Source: Eledone cirrhosa | Taxonomy: Eukaryota | DNA length: 64,000 bases | Direction: 5' to 3' | Assembly: GCA_964016885.1 (NCBI GenBank) | Contig: OZ024744.1 | Location: 54,498,001 to 54,562,000, forward strand | Program-made: the position numbers and the translations under genes | Shown here: one piece after another, positions 15,001-30,000 of the stretch | Numbering within the stretch: the stretch's first letter is position 1 | Layout of the letters: the number at the start of each line of letters is the position of its first letter | The notes under the pieces: model-generated | Seen by the model: only the letters and a program-made list of their open reading frames with translations | What the model was told of the DNA's origin: nothing | The model's database searches: none

Positions 15001-18000
15001 GAACTATATCACACTGTGGTACCTACTTACAGCTAGATGGACTGTTCACATTGGAGTATCTTAGTTATAGACACAGTACAATGAACTATACCACACTGTG
15101 GTACCTACTTACAGCTAGGTGAACTGGACTGCTGACAGTTAAGTCTTGGTTATAGACACAGTACAGTGAACTATACCATACTGTGGTACCTACTTACAGC
15201 TAAATGGACTGTTGACAGTTAAGTGTCTTGGATATAGAAACAGTACAATGAACTATACCTCACTGTGGTACCTACTTAGAGCTAGGTGGACTTTTGACCG
15301 TTAAGTGTCTTGGTTATAGACACAGGACAATGAACTATACCACACTGTGGTACCTACTTACAGCTAGGTGGACTGTTGAGAGTGGAGTATCTTAGTTATA
15401 GACACAGTAGAGTGAAATATATCACACTGTGGTACCTACTTACAGCTAGGTTAACCGGATTGTTGACAGTTAAGTCTTGGTTATAGACACTGTACTGTAA
15501 ACTATACCACACTCTGGTACCTACTTACAGCTAGTAGGACTGTTGATAGTTAAGTGTCTTGGTTATAGACACAGTACGGTGAACTATACCACACTCTGGT
15601 ACCAACGTACAGCTAGGTGGATTGTTGACAGTTAAGTGTCTTGGTTATAGACACAGTACAGTGAACTGTACCACACTGGGGTACCAACTTACTGCTAGGT
15701 GGACTGTTGACAGTTAAGTGTCTTCGTTATAGACACAGTACAGTGAACTATACCAAATTGTGGTACCTACTTACGGCTAGGTGGACTGTTGACAGTAGAG
15801 TATCTTGGTTATAGGAACAGTACAGTGAACTATACCACACTCCGGTACTTACTTACAGCTAGGTGGACTGTTGACAGTTAAGTGACTTGGCTATAGACAC
15901 AGTACAGTGAATTATACCATACTGTGGTACCTACTTACAGCTAGGTGGACTGTTGACAGTTAAGTGTCTTGGTTACAGACACAGTACAGTGAACTATACC
16001 ACACTGTGGTACCTACTTACAGGTATGTGGACTGTTGACAGTTAAGTGTCTTGGTTATAGACACAGTACAGTGAACTATACCACACTATGCTACCTATTT
16101 ACAGCTAGGTGAAATGTTGACAGTTAAGTGTCTTGGTTATAGATGCAGTACAGTGAACTATACCACAGTGTGGTACCTACTTACAGCGAGGTGGACTGTT
16201 GACAGTTAAGTGTCTTGGTTATAGACACAGTACAGTGAACTATACCACACTGTGGTACCTACTTACAGCTAGGTGGACGGTTGACAGTTAAGTGTCTTGG
16301 TTATAGACACAGTACAGTGAACTATATCTCACTGTGGTACCTACTTAAAGCTAGGTGGACTGTTGACAGTTAAGTGTCTTGGTTATAGACACAGTACAGT
16401 GAACTATACCACACTGTGGTACCTACTTACAGCAAGGTGGACTGTTGACAGTAGAGTATCTTGGTTATAAACACAGTACAGTGAACTATACCACACTGTG
16501 GCTCCTACTTACAGCTAGGTGGACTGTTGACAGTGGAGAGTCTTAATTATAGACACAGTACAGTGAACTATACCACACCGTGGCACTTGCTTACAGCTAG
16601 TTGGACTGTTGACTGTTAAGTATCTTCGTTATAGACACAGTACAGTGAACTATACCACACTGTGGTACCTACTTAGAGTTGGGTAGACTGTTGACAGTTA
16701 AGTGTCTTGGTTATAGACACAGTACAGTAAACTATACCACACTGTGGCACCTACTTACAGCTAGGTGGACTGTTGACAGTGGAGTATCTTAGTTATAGAC
16801 ACAGTACAGTGAAATATAACACACTGTGGTACCTACTTACAGCTAGGTGAATTGGATTGTTAACAGTTAAGTCTTGGTTATAGACACAGTACAGTGAACT
16901 ATACCAGACTGTGGTACCTACTTACAGCTAGGTGGACGGTTGACAGTTAAGTGGCTTCGTTATAGACAGAGTACAGTGAACTATACCACACTGTGTTACC
17001 TACTTACAGCTAGGTGCACTGTTGACAGTTAAGTGTCTTGGTTATAGAGATAGTACAGTGAACTATACCACACTGTGTTACCTACTTACAGCTAGGTGGA
17101 CTGTTGATAGTTAAGTGTCTTGGTTATAGACACAGTACAGTGAATTATACCATACTGTGGTACCTACTTACAGCCAGTTGGACTGTTGACAGTTAAGTGT
17201 CTTGGTTAAAGACACAATACAGTGAACAATACCACACTGGGGTACCAACTTACTGCTAGGTGGACTGTTGACATTTAAGTGCATTGGTTATAGACACAGT
17301 ACAGTGAACTATACCACACTGTGGTACCTACTTACAGCTAGGTGGACTGTTGACAGTAGAGTATCTTGGTTATAGGAACAGTACAGTGAACTATACCATA
17401 CTGTGGTACCTACTTACAGCTAGTTGGACTGTTGACATTTAAGTGTCTTGGTTATAGACACAGTACAGTGAACCTTACCACATTGTGAAACCTACTTACA
17501 GCTAGGTGGACTGTTGACAGTTAAGTGTCTTGGTTATAGACACAGTACAGTAAACTATACCACACTGTGGTACCTACTTACAGCTAGGTGGACTGTTGAG
17601 AGTGGAGTATCTTAGTTATAGACACAGTAGAGTGAAATATATCACACTGTGGTACCTACTTACAGCTAGGTAAACTGGATTGTTGATAGTTAAGTCTTGG
17701 TTATAGACACAGTACTGTGAACTATACCACACTCTGGTACCTACTTACAGCTAGGTGGATTGTTGACAGTTAAGTGTCTTGGTTATAGACACAGTACAGT
17801 GAACTATATCACACTGTGGTACCTACTAACAGCTAGGTGGACTGTTGACAGTTAAGTGTCTTGGTTATAGACACAGTACAGTGAACTATACCACACTGTG
17901 GTACCTACTTACAGCTAGGTGGACTGTTAACAGTAGAGTGTCTTGGTTATAGGAACAGTACAGTGAACTATACCACACTCTGGTACCTACTTACAGCTAG

Positions 18001-21000
18001 GTGGACTGTTGACAGTTAAGTGTCTTGGTTATAGACACAGTATAGTGAATTATACCATACTGTGGTACCTACTTACAGCTAGTTGGACTGTTGACAGTTA
18101 AGTGTCTTGGTTAAAGACACAGTACAGTGAACAATACCACACTGGGGTACCAACTTACTGCTAGGTGGACTGTTGACATTTAAGTGTCTTGGCTATAGAC
18201 ACAGTACAGTGAAATATACCTCAGTGTGGTACCTACTTACAGCTAGGTGGACTGTTGACAGTTAAGTGTCTTGGTTATAGACACAGTACAGTGAACTATG
18301 CCATACTGTGGTACCTACTTACATCTAGCTGGACTGTTGACAGTTAAGTGTCTTGGTATTAGACACAGTTCAGTGAACTATACCACACTGTGGTACCTAC
18401 TTACAGCTTGGTGGACTGTTGACAGTTAAGTGTCTTGGTTATAGAGACAATACAGTGAATTATATCACAATGTGGTACCTACTTACAGCTAGGTGCACTA
18501 TTGACAGTTAAGTGACTTGGTTATAGACAGAGTACAGTGAACTATACCACACTGTGGTACCTACTTACAGCTAGGTGGACTGTTGACAGCAAGTGTCTTG
18601 GTTATAGACACAGTACAGTGAACTATACCACACTGTGGTACCTAATTGCAACTAGCTGGACTGTTGATAGTGGAGTATCTTGGTTATAGACACAGTACAG
18701 TGAATTATACCACTCTGTGGTACCTACTTACAGCTAGGTGGACTGTTGACAGTTTAGTTTCTTGGCTATAGACACAGTACAGTGAAATATACTTTAGTGT
18801 GGTACCTGCTGACAGCTAGGTGGACTGTTGACTGTTAAGTGTCTTGGTTATAGACACAGTACAGTGAACTATACCATACTGTGGTACCTACTTACATCTA
18901 GCTGGACTGTTGACAGTTAAGTGTCTTGGTTATGGACAGAGTACAGTGAACTATACCACACTGTGGTACATACTTACAGCTAGGTGGACTGTTGACAGTT
19001 AAGTCTTGGTTATAGACACTGTACTGTAAACTATACCACACTCTGGTACCTACTTACAGCTAGTAGGACTGTTGATAGTTAAGTGTCTTGGTTATAGACA
19101 CAGTACGGTGAACTATACCACACTGTGGTACCAACGTACAGCTAGGTGGATTGTTGACAGTTAAGTGTCTTGGTTATAGACACAGTACAGTGAACTATAC
19201 CACACTGGGGTACCAACTTACTGCTAGGTGGACTGTTGACAGTTAAGTGTCTTCGTTATAGACACAGTACAGTGAACTATACCACACTGTGGTACATACT
19301 TACGGCTAGGTGGACTGTTGACAGTAGAGTATCTTGGTTATAGGAACAGTACAGTGAACTATACCACACTCCGGTACTTACTTACAGCTAGGTGGACTGT
19401 TGACAGTTAAGTGTCTTGGCTATAGACACAGTACAGTGAATTATACCATACTGTGGTACCTACTTACAGCTAGTTGGACTGTTGACAGTTAAGTGTCTTG
19501 GTTAAAGACACAGTACAGTGAACTATACCACACTGGGGTACCAACTTACTGCTAGGTGGACTGTTGACAGTTAAGTGTCTTGGTTACAGACACAGTACAG
19601 TGAACTATACCACACTGTGGTACCTACTTACAGGTAGGTGGACTGTTGACAGTTAAGTGTCTTGGTTATAGACACAGTACAGTGAACTATACCACACTAT
19701 GCTACCTATTTACAGCTAGGTGAAATGTTGACAGTTAAGTGTCTTGGTTATAGACACAGTACAGTGAACTATACCACACTGTGGTACCTACTTACAGCTA
19801 GGTGGACGGTTGACAGTTAAGTGTCTTGGTTATAGACACAGTACAGTGAACTATATCTCACTGTGGTACCTACTTAAAGCTAGGTGGACTGTTGACAGTT
19901 AAGTGTCTTGGTTATAGACACAGTACAGTGAACTATACCACACTGTGGTACCTACTTACAGCTAGGTGGACTGTTGACAGTAGAGTATCTTGGTTATAAA
20001 CACAGTACAGTGAACTATACCACACTGTGGCTCCTACTTACAGCTAGGTGGACTGTTGACAGTGGAGAGTCTTAATTATAGACACAGTACAGTGAACTAT
20101 ACCACACCGTGGCAATTGCTTACAGCTAGTTGGACTGTTGACTGTTAAGTATCTTCGTTATAGACACAGTACAGTGAACTATACCACACTGTGGTACCTA
20201 CTTAGAGTTGGGTAGATTGTTGACAGTTAAGTGTCTTGGTTATAGACACAGTACAGTAAACTATACCACACTGTGGCACCTACTTACAGCTAGGTGGACT
20301 GTTGACAGTGGAGTATCTTAGTTATAGACACAGTACAGTGAAATATAACACACTGTGGTACCTACTTACAGCTAGGTGAATTGGATTGTTAACATGTTAA
20401 GTCTTGGTTATAGACACAGTACAGTGAACTATACCAGACTGTGGTACCTACTTACAGCTAGGTGGACGGTTGACAGTTAAGTGGCTTGGTTATAGACAGA
20501 GTACAGTGAACTATACCACACTGTGATACCTACTTACAACTAGGTGGACTGTTGATAGTGGAGTATCTTGGTTATAGACACAGTACATTGAACTATACCA
20601 CTCTGTGGTACCTACTTACAGCTAGGTGCACTGTTGACAGTTAAGTGTCTTGGTTATAGAGATAGTACAGTGAACTATACCACACTGTGTTACCTACTTA
20701 CAGCTAGGTGGACTGTTGATAGTTAAGTGTCTTGGTTATAGACACAGTACAGTGAATTATACCATACTGTGGTACCTACTTACAGCCAGTTGGACTGTTG
20801 ACAGTTAAGTGTCTTGGTTAAAGACACAATACAGTGAACAATACCACACTGGGGTACCAACTTACTGCTAGGTGGACTGTTGACATTTAAGTGTCTTGGT
20901 TATAGACACAGTACAGTGAACTATACCACACTGTGGTACCTACTTACAGCTAGGTGGACTGTTGACAGTAGAGTATCTTGGTTATAGGAACAGTACAGTG

Positions 21001-24000
21001 AACTATACCACACTGTGGTACCTACTTACAGCTAGTTCGACTGTTGACATTTAAGTGTCTTGGTTATAGACACAGTACAGTGAACCTTACCACATTGTGA
21101 AACCTACTTACAGCTAGGTGGACTGTTGACAGTTAAGTGTCTTGGTTATAGACACAGTACAGTAAACTATACCACACTGTGGTACCTACTTACAGCTAGG
21201 TGGACTGTTGAGAGTGGAGTATCTTAGTTATAGACACAGTAGAGTGAAATATATCACACTGTGGTACCTACATACAGCTAGGTAAACTGGATTGTTGATA
21301 GTTAAGTCTTGGTTATAGACACAGTACTGTGAACTATACCACACTCTGGTACCTACTTACAGCTAGGTGGATTGTTGACAGTTAAGTGTCTTGGTTATAG
21401 ACACAGTACAGTGAACTATATCACACTGTGGTACCTACTAACAGCTAGGTGGACTGTTGACAGTTAAGTGTCTTGGTTATAGACACAGTACAGTGAACTA
21501 TACCACACTGTGGTACCTACTTACAGCTAGGTGGACTGTTAACAGTAGAGTGTCTTGGTTATAGGAACAGTACAGTGAACTATACCACACTCTGGTACCT
21601 ACTTACAGCTAGGTGGACTGTTGACAGTTAAGTGTCTTGGTTATAGACACAGTATAGTGAATTATACCATACTGTGGTACCTACTTACAGCTAGTTTTAC
21701 TGTTGACAGTTAAGTGTCTTGGTTAAAGACACAGTACAGTGAACAATACCACACTGGGGTACCAACTTACTGCTAGGTGGACTGTTGACATTTAAGTGTC
21801 TTGGCTATAGACACAGTACAGTGAAATATACCTCAGTGTGGTACCTACTTACAGCTAGGTGGACTGTTGACAGTTAAGTGTCTTGGTTATAGACACAGTA
21901 CAGTGAACTATGCCATACTGTGGTACCTACTTACATCTAGCTGGACTGTTGACAGTTAAGTGTCTTGGTATTAGACACAGTTCAGTGAACTATACCACAC
22001 TGTGGTACCTACTTACAGCTTGGTGGACTGTTGACAGTTAAGTGTCTTGGTTATAGAGACAATACAGTGAATTATATCACAATGTGGTACCTACTTACAG
22101 CTAGGTGCACTATTGACAGTTAAGTGTCTTGGTTATAGACAGAGTACAGTGAACTATACCACACTGTGGTACCTACTTACAGCTAGGTGGACTGTTGACA
22201 GCAAGTGTCTTGGTTATAGACACAGTACAGTGAACTATACCACACTGTGGTACCTAATTGCAACTAGCTGGACTGTTGATAGTGGAGTATCTTGGTTATA
22301 GACACAGTACAGTGAATTATACCACTCTGTGGTACCTACTTACAGCTAGGTGGACTGTTGACAGTTAAGTGTCTTGGTTATAAACACAGTACAGTGAACT
22401 ATACGACTCTGTGAAACCTACTTACAGCTACGTGGCTGTTGACAGTTAAGTGTCTTGGTTATAGACACAGTAGAGTGAACTATACCACACTGTGGTACCT
22501 ACTTACAGCTAGGTGGACTGTTGACAGATAAGTATCTTCGTGATAGACACAGTACAGTGAACTACACCACACTGTGGTACCTACTTACAGCTAGGTGGAC
22601 TGTTGACAGTTAAGTGTCTTGGTTATAGACACAGTACAGTGAACTATACCACACTGTGGTACTTACTTACAGCTAGGTGGACTGTTGACAGATAAGTGTC
22701 TTGGTTATAGACACAGTACAGTGAACTATACCACACTGTGGTACCTACTTACAGTTAGGTGGACTATTGACAGTTAAGTTTCTTGGCTATAGACACAGTA
22801 CAGTGAACTATACCTCAGTGTGGTACCTACTTACAGCTCGGTGAACTGGACTGTTGAGAGTTAAGTCTTGGTTATAGACACAGTACAGTGAACAATACCA
22901 CACTCTGGTACCTCCTTACAGCTAGGTGGACTGTTGACAGTTAAGTATCTTGGTTATAGACACAGTACAGTGAACTATACCACACTGTGGTACCTACTTA
23001 CAGCTAGGTGGACTGTTGACAGTTAAGTTTCTTGGCTATAGACACAGTACAGTGAACTATACCTCAGTGTGGTACCTACTTACAGCTAGGTGGACTGTAG
23101 ACAGTTAAGTTTCTTGGTTATAGACACAGTACAGTGAACTATACCATACTGTGGTACCTACTTACATCTAGCTGGACTGTTGACAGTTATGTGTCTTGGT
23201 TATAGACACAGTACAGTGAACAAACAACACTGTGGTACCTACTTACAGTTAGGTGGACTATTGACAGTTAAGTGTCTTGGTTATAGACAGAGTACAGTGA
23301 ACTATACCACACTGTGGTACATACATACAACTAGGTGGACAGTTGACAGTTATGTGTCTTGGTTATAGGCACAATACATGAACTATACCGCACTGTGGCA
23401 CCTACTTACAGCTAGGTGGACTGTTCATAGTTAAGTATCTTGGTTATAAACACAGTACAGTGAACTATACCACACTGTGGGACCTACTTACAGCTAGGTG
23501 GACTGTTGACAGTTAAGTGTCTTGGTTATAGACACAGTAAGGTGAACTATACCACACTGTCGTACCTACATGCAGTTAGGTGGACTATTGAGAGTTAAGT
23601 GTCTTGTTTATAGACAGAGTACAGTGAACTATACAACACTGTGGTCCCTACTTACAACTAGGTAGACTGTTGATAATGGAGTATCTCTGTTGTAGACACA
23701 GCACAGTGAACTATACCACTCTGTGGTATCTACTTACAGCTAGGTGGACTGTTGCCAGTGAAGTGTCTTGGTTATAGAGATAGTACAGTGAACTATACCA
23801 CACTGTGGTACCTAGTTACAGCTAGGTGGACTGGACTGTTGACAGTTAAGTATCTTGTTTATAGACACAGTACAGTGAATTATAACACACTGTGGTACCT
23901 ACTTACAACTAGGTGGACTGTTGACAGTTAAGTGTCTTGGTTATAGAGACAGTACAGTGAACTATAACACACTGTGGTACCTACTTACAACTAGGTGGAC

Positions 24001-27000
24001 TGTTGATAGTGGAGTATCTTGGTTATAGACACAGTACAGTGAACTTTACCATTCTGTGGTACCTACTTACAGCTAGGTGGACTGTTGACAGTTAAGTGTC
24101 TTGGTTATAGAGATAGTACAGTGAACTATACCACACTGTGGTACCTACTTACAGCTAGGTGGACTGGACTGTTGACAGTTAAGTGTCTTGATTATAGACA
24201 CAGTACAGTGAATTATAACACACTGTGGTACCAACTTACAACTAGGTGGACTGTTGACAGTTAAGTGTCTTGGTTATAGACACAGTACAGTGAACTTTAC
24301 CATACTGTGGTACATACTTACAGCTAGTTTGACTGTTGACAGTTAAGTGTCTTGGTTATAGACACAGTACAGTGAACTATACCACACTGTTGTACCTACT
24401 TACAGCTAGGTGGACTGTTAACAGTTAAGTATCTTGGTTATAGACTCAGTACAGTGAAATATACGACTCTGTGAAACCTACTTACAGCTAGATGGACTGT
24501 TGACAGTAGAGTATCTTGGTTACAGCACAGTACAGTGAACTATACCACACTGTGGTACCTACTTAGAGCTGGGTAGACTGTTGACAGTTAAGTGTCTTGG
24601 TTATAGACACAGAACAGTAAACTACACCACACTGTGGCACCTACTTACAGTTAGGTGGACTGTTGACAGTGGAGTATCTTAATTATAGACACAGTACAGT
24701 TAACTATACCACACAGTGGTACCTACTTACAGCTCGGTGAACTGGACTGTTGACAGTTAAGTCTTGGTTATAGACACAGTACAGTGAACTATACCACACT
24801 CTGGTACCTACTTACAGCTAAATGGACTGTTGACAGTTAAGTGTCTTGGTTATAGACACAGTAGTGTGAACTATACCACACTGTGGTATAGTTCACACTA
24901 CTGTGGTATAGTTCACTGTGAACTATACCGTTCTGTGGTACCTACTTACAGCTAGGTGGACTGTTGACAGTTAAGTGTCTTGGTTATAGAGATAGTACAG
25001 TGAATTATAACACACTGTTTTACCTACTTACAGCTAGGTGGACTGTTGACAGTTAAGTGTCTTGGTTATAGACACAGTACAGTGAACTATACCACACTGT
25101 GGTACCTACTTACAGCTAGGTGGACTGTTGACAGTTAAGTGTCTTGGTTATAGACACAGTAGAGTGAACTATACCACACTGTGGTACCTACTTACAGCTA
25201 GGTGGACTGTTGACAGTTAAGTGTCTTGGTTATAGACACAGTACGGTGAACTATACCACACTGTGGTACCTACTTACAGCTAGGTGGACTGTGGACAGTT
25301 AAATGTCTTGCTTATAGACACAGTACAGTGAACTATACCACAGTGTGGTACCTACTTACAGCTAGGTGGACTGTTGACATTAGAGTATCTTGCTTATAGA
25401 CACAGTACAGTGAACTATACCACACTGTGGTACCTACTTACAGCTAGGTGGACTGTTTACAGTTAAGTGTCTTGGTTATAGACACAGTACAGTGAACTAT
25501 ACCACACTGTGGTACCTACTTACAGCTAGGAAGACTGTTGAGAGTTAAGTGTCTTGGTTATAGACACAGTACAATGAACTATACCACACTGTGGTACCTA
25601 CTTACAGCTAGGTGAACTGGACTGCTGACAGTTAAGTCTTGGTTATAGACACAGTACAGTGAACTATACCAGACTCTGGTACCTACCTACAGCTAAATGG
25701 ACTGTTGACAGTTAAGTGTCTTGGTTATAGACACAGTACAATGAACTATACCTCACTGTGGTACCTACTTAGAGCTAGGTGGACTTTTGACAGTTCAGTG
25801 CCTTGGTTATAGACACAGGACAATGAACTATACCACACTGTGGTACCTACTTACCGCTAGGAAGACTGTTGATAGTTAAGTGTCTTGGTTATAGACACAG
25901 TACAGTGAACTATACCACACTGTGGTACATACTTACAGCTAGGTGGACTGTTGACAGTTAAGTGTTTTGGTTATAGACACAGTACAGTGAACTATATCAC
26001 ACTGTGGTACCTACTTACAGCTAGGTGGACTGTTGACAGTTAAGTTTCTTCGTTATAGTCACGGTACAGTGAACTATACAACACTGTGGTACCTACTTAC
26101 AGCTAGGTGGACTGTTGACAGTTAAGTGCCTTGGTTATAGACACAGTAGAGTGAACTATACCACACTGTAGTACCTACTTACAGCTAGGTGGACTGTTGA
26201 CAGTTTAGTTTCTTGGTTATGGACAGAGTACAGTGAACTATACCACACTGTGGTACCTACTTACAGCTAGGTGGACTGTTGACAGTTAAGTCTTTCTTAT
26301 AGACACAGTAGAGTGAACTTTACCACACTGTGGTACCTACTTAGAGCTAGGTTGACTGTTGATAGTTAAGTGTCTTGGTTATAGACACAGTAAAGTGAAC
26401 TAAACCACACTGTGGTACATACTTACAACTAGGTGGACCGTTGACAGTTAAGGGTTTTGGTTATAGACACAGTACAGTGAACTATACCACCCTGTGGTAC
26501 CTAATTGCAACTAGCTGGACTTTTGATAGTGGAGTATCTTGGTTATAGACACAGTAGACTGAATTATACCACTCTGTGGTACCTACTTACAGCTAGGTGG
26601 ACTGTTGACAGTTAAGTGTCTTGGTTATAGACACAGTATAGTGAACTATACCACCCTGTGGTACCTACTAACAGCTATGTGGACTGTTGACAGTTAAGTA
26701 TCTTGGTTATAGACACAGTACAGTGAATTATACGACTCTGTGAAACCTACTTACAGCTACGTGGCTGTTGACAGTTAAGTGTCTTGGTTATAGACACATT
26801 AGAGTGAACTATACCACACTGTGGTACCTACTTACAGCTAGGTGGACTGTTGACAGTTAAGTATCTTCGTGATAGACACAGTACAGTGAACTATACCACA
26901 CTGTGGTACTTACTTACAGCTAGGTGGACTGTTGACAGATAAGTGTCTTGGTTATAGACACAGTACAGTGAAATATACCACACTGTGGTACCTACTTACA

Positions 27001-30000
27001 GTTAGGTGGACTATTGACAGTTAACTTTCTTGGCTATAGACACAGTACAGTGAACTATACCTCAGTGTGGTACCTACTTACAGCTCGGTGAACTGGACTG
27101 TTGAGAGTTAAGTCTTGGTTATAGACACAGTACAGTGAACAATACCACACTCTGGTACCTACTTACAGCTAGGTGGAATGTTGACAGTTAAGTATCTTGG
27201 TTATAGACACAGTACAGTGAACTATACCACACTGTGGTACCTACTTACAGCTAGGTGGACTGTTGACAGTTAAGTTTCTTGGCTATAGACACAGTACAGT
27301 GAACTATACCTCAGTGTGGTACCTACTTACAGCTAGGTGGACTGTAGACAGTTAAGTTTCTTGGTTATAGACACAGTACAGTGAACTATACCATACTGTG
27401 GTACCTACTTACATCTAGCGGGACTGTTGACAGTTATGTGTCTTGGTCATAGACACAGTACAGTGAACTAAACAACACTGTGGTACCTACTTACAGTTAG
27501 GTGGACTATTGACAGTTAAGTGTCTTGGTTATAGACACAGTACAGTGAACTATACCACACTGTGGTACCTACTTACAACTAGTTGGACTGTTGATAGTGG
27601 AGTATCTTGGTTATAGACACAGTAGAGTGAACTATACCATTCTGTGGTACCTACTTACAGCTAGGTTGACTGTTGACAGTTAAGTGTCTTGGTTATAGAG
27701 ATAGTACAGTGAACTATACCACACTGTGGTACCTACTTACAGCTAGGTGGACTGTTGACTGTTAAGTGTCTTGGTTATAGAGATAGTACAGTGAACTATA
27801 CAACACTGTGGTACCTGCTTACAGCTAGGTGGACTGTTGACAGTTAAGTGTCTTGGTTATAGAGACAGTACAGTGAACTATACGACTCTGTGAAACATAC
27901 TTACAGCTAGGTGGACTGTTGACAGTTAAGTGTCTTGGTTATAGAGATAGTACAGTGAATTATAACACACTGTTTTACCTACTTACAGCTAGGTGGACTG
28001 TTGACAGTTAAGTGTCTTGGTTATAGACACAGTAGAGTGAACTATACCACACAGTGGTACCTACTTACAGCTAGGTGGACTGTTGAGAGTTAAGTGTCTT
28101 GGTTATAGACACAGTAAAGTGAACTATACCACACTGTGGTACCTACTTACAGCTAGGTGGACTGTTGACAGTTAAGTGTCTTGGTTATAGACACAGTACA
28201 GTGAACTATACCACACTGTGGTACCTACTTACAACTAGGTGGACTGTTGACAGTTAAGTGTCTTGGTTATAGACACAGTAGAGTGAACTATACCATTCTG
28301 TGGTACCTACTTACAGCTAGGTGGACTGTTGACAGTTAAGTGTCTTGGTTATAGAGATAGTACAGTGAACTATACCACACTGTGGTACCTACTTACAGCT
28401 AGGTGGACTGTTGACTGTTAAGTGTCTTGGTTATAGAGATAGTACAGTGAACTATACAACACTGTGGTACCTGCTTACAGCTAGGTGGACTGTTGACAGT
28501 TAAGTGTCTTGGTTATAGACACAGTACAGTGAACTATACGAGTCTGTGAAACATACTTACAGCTAGGTGGACTGTTGACAGTTAAGTGTCTTGGTTATAG
28601 AGATAGTACAGTGAATTATAACACACTGTTTTACCTACTTACAGCTAGGTGGACTGTTGACAGTTAAGTGTCTTGGTTATAGACACAGTACAGTGAACTA
28701 TACCACACTGTGGTACCTACTTACAGCTAGGTGGACTGTTGACAGTTAAGTGTCTTGGTTATAGACACAGTAGAGTGAACTATACCACACTGTGGTACCT
28801 ACTTACAGCTAGGTGGACTGTTGACAGTTAAGTGTCTTGGTTATAGACACAGTAAAGTGAACTATACCACACTGTGGTACCTACTTACAGCTAGGTGGAC
28901 TGTTGACAGTTAAGTGTCTTGCTTATAGACACAGTACAGTGAACTATACCACAGTGTGGTACCTACTTACAGCTAGGTGGACTGTTGACATTAGAGTATC
29001 TTGGTTATAGCACAGTACAGTGAACTATACCACACTCTGGTACTTACTTCGAGCTGGGTAGATTGTTGACAGTTAAGTGTCTTGGTTATAGACACAGTAC
29101 GGTAAACTATACCACACTGTTGCACCTACTTACAGCTTGGTGGACTGTTGACAGTGGAGTATCTTAGTTATAGACACAGTACAGTGAAATATACCACACT
29201 GTGGTACGTACTTACAGCTAGGTGGACTGTTGACAGATAAGTGTCTTGGTTATAGACACAGTACAGTGAACTATACCACACTGTGGTACCTACTTATAGC
29301 TAGGTGGACTGTTGACAGTTAAGTGTCTTGCTTATAGACGCAGTACAGTGAACTATACCACAGTGTGGTACCTACTTACAGCTAGGTGGACTGTTGACAG
29401 TTAAGTATCTTGGTTATAGACACAGTACAGTGAACTATACCACACTGTGGTACCTACTTACAGCTAGGTGTACTGTTGACAGTTAAGTGTCTTGCTTATA
29501 GACACAGTACAGTGACCTATACCACAGTGTGGTACCTACTTACAGCTAGGTGGACTGTTGACATTAGTGTATCTTGGTTATAGCACAGTACAGTGAACTA
29601 TACCACACTCTGGTACCTACTTAGAGCTGGGTAGACAGTTGACAGTTAAGTCTCTTGGTTATAGACACAGTACAGTAAACTATACCACACTGTGGCACCT
29701 ACTTACAGCTAGGTGGACTGTTGACAGTGGAGTATCTGAGTTATAGACACAGCACAGTGAACTATACCACACAGTGGTACCTACTTACAGCTAGGTGCAC
29801 TGTTGACAGATAAGTGTCTTGGTTATAGACACAGTACAGTGAACTATACCACTCTGTGGTACCTACTTACAGCTAGGTGGACTGTTGACAGTTAATGTGT
29901 CTGTGTTATAGACACAGTACAGTGAACTATATCACACTGTGGTACCTACTTACAGCTAAATGGACTTTTGACAGTTAAGTGTCTTGGTTATAGACACAGT

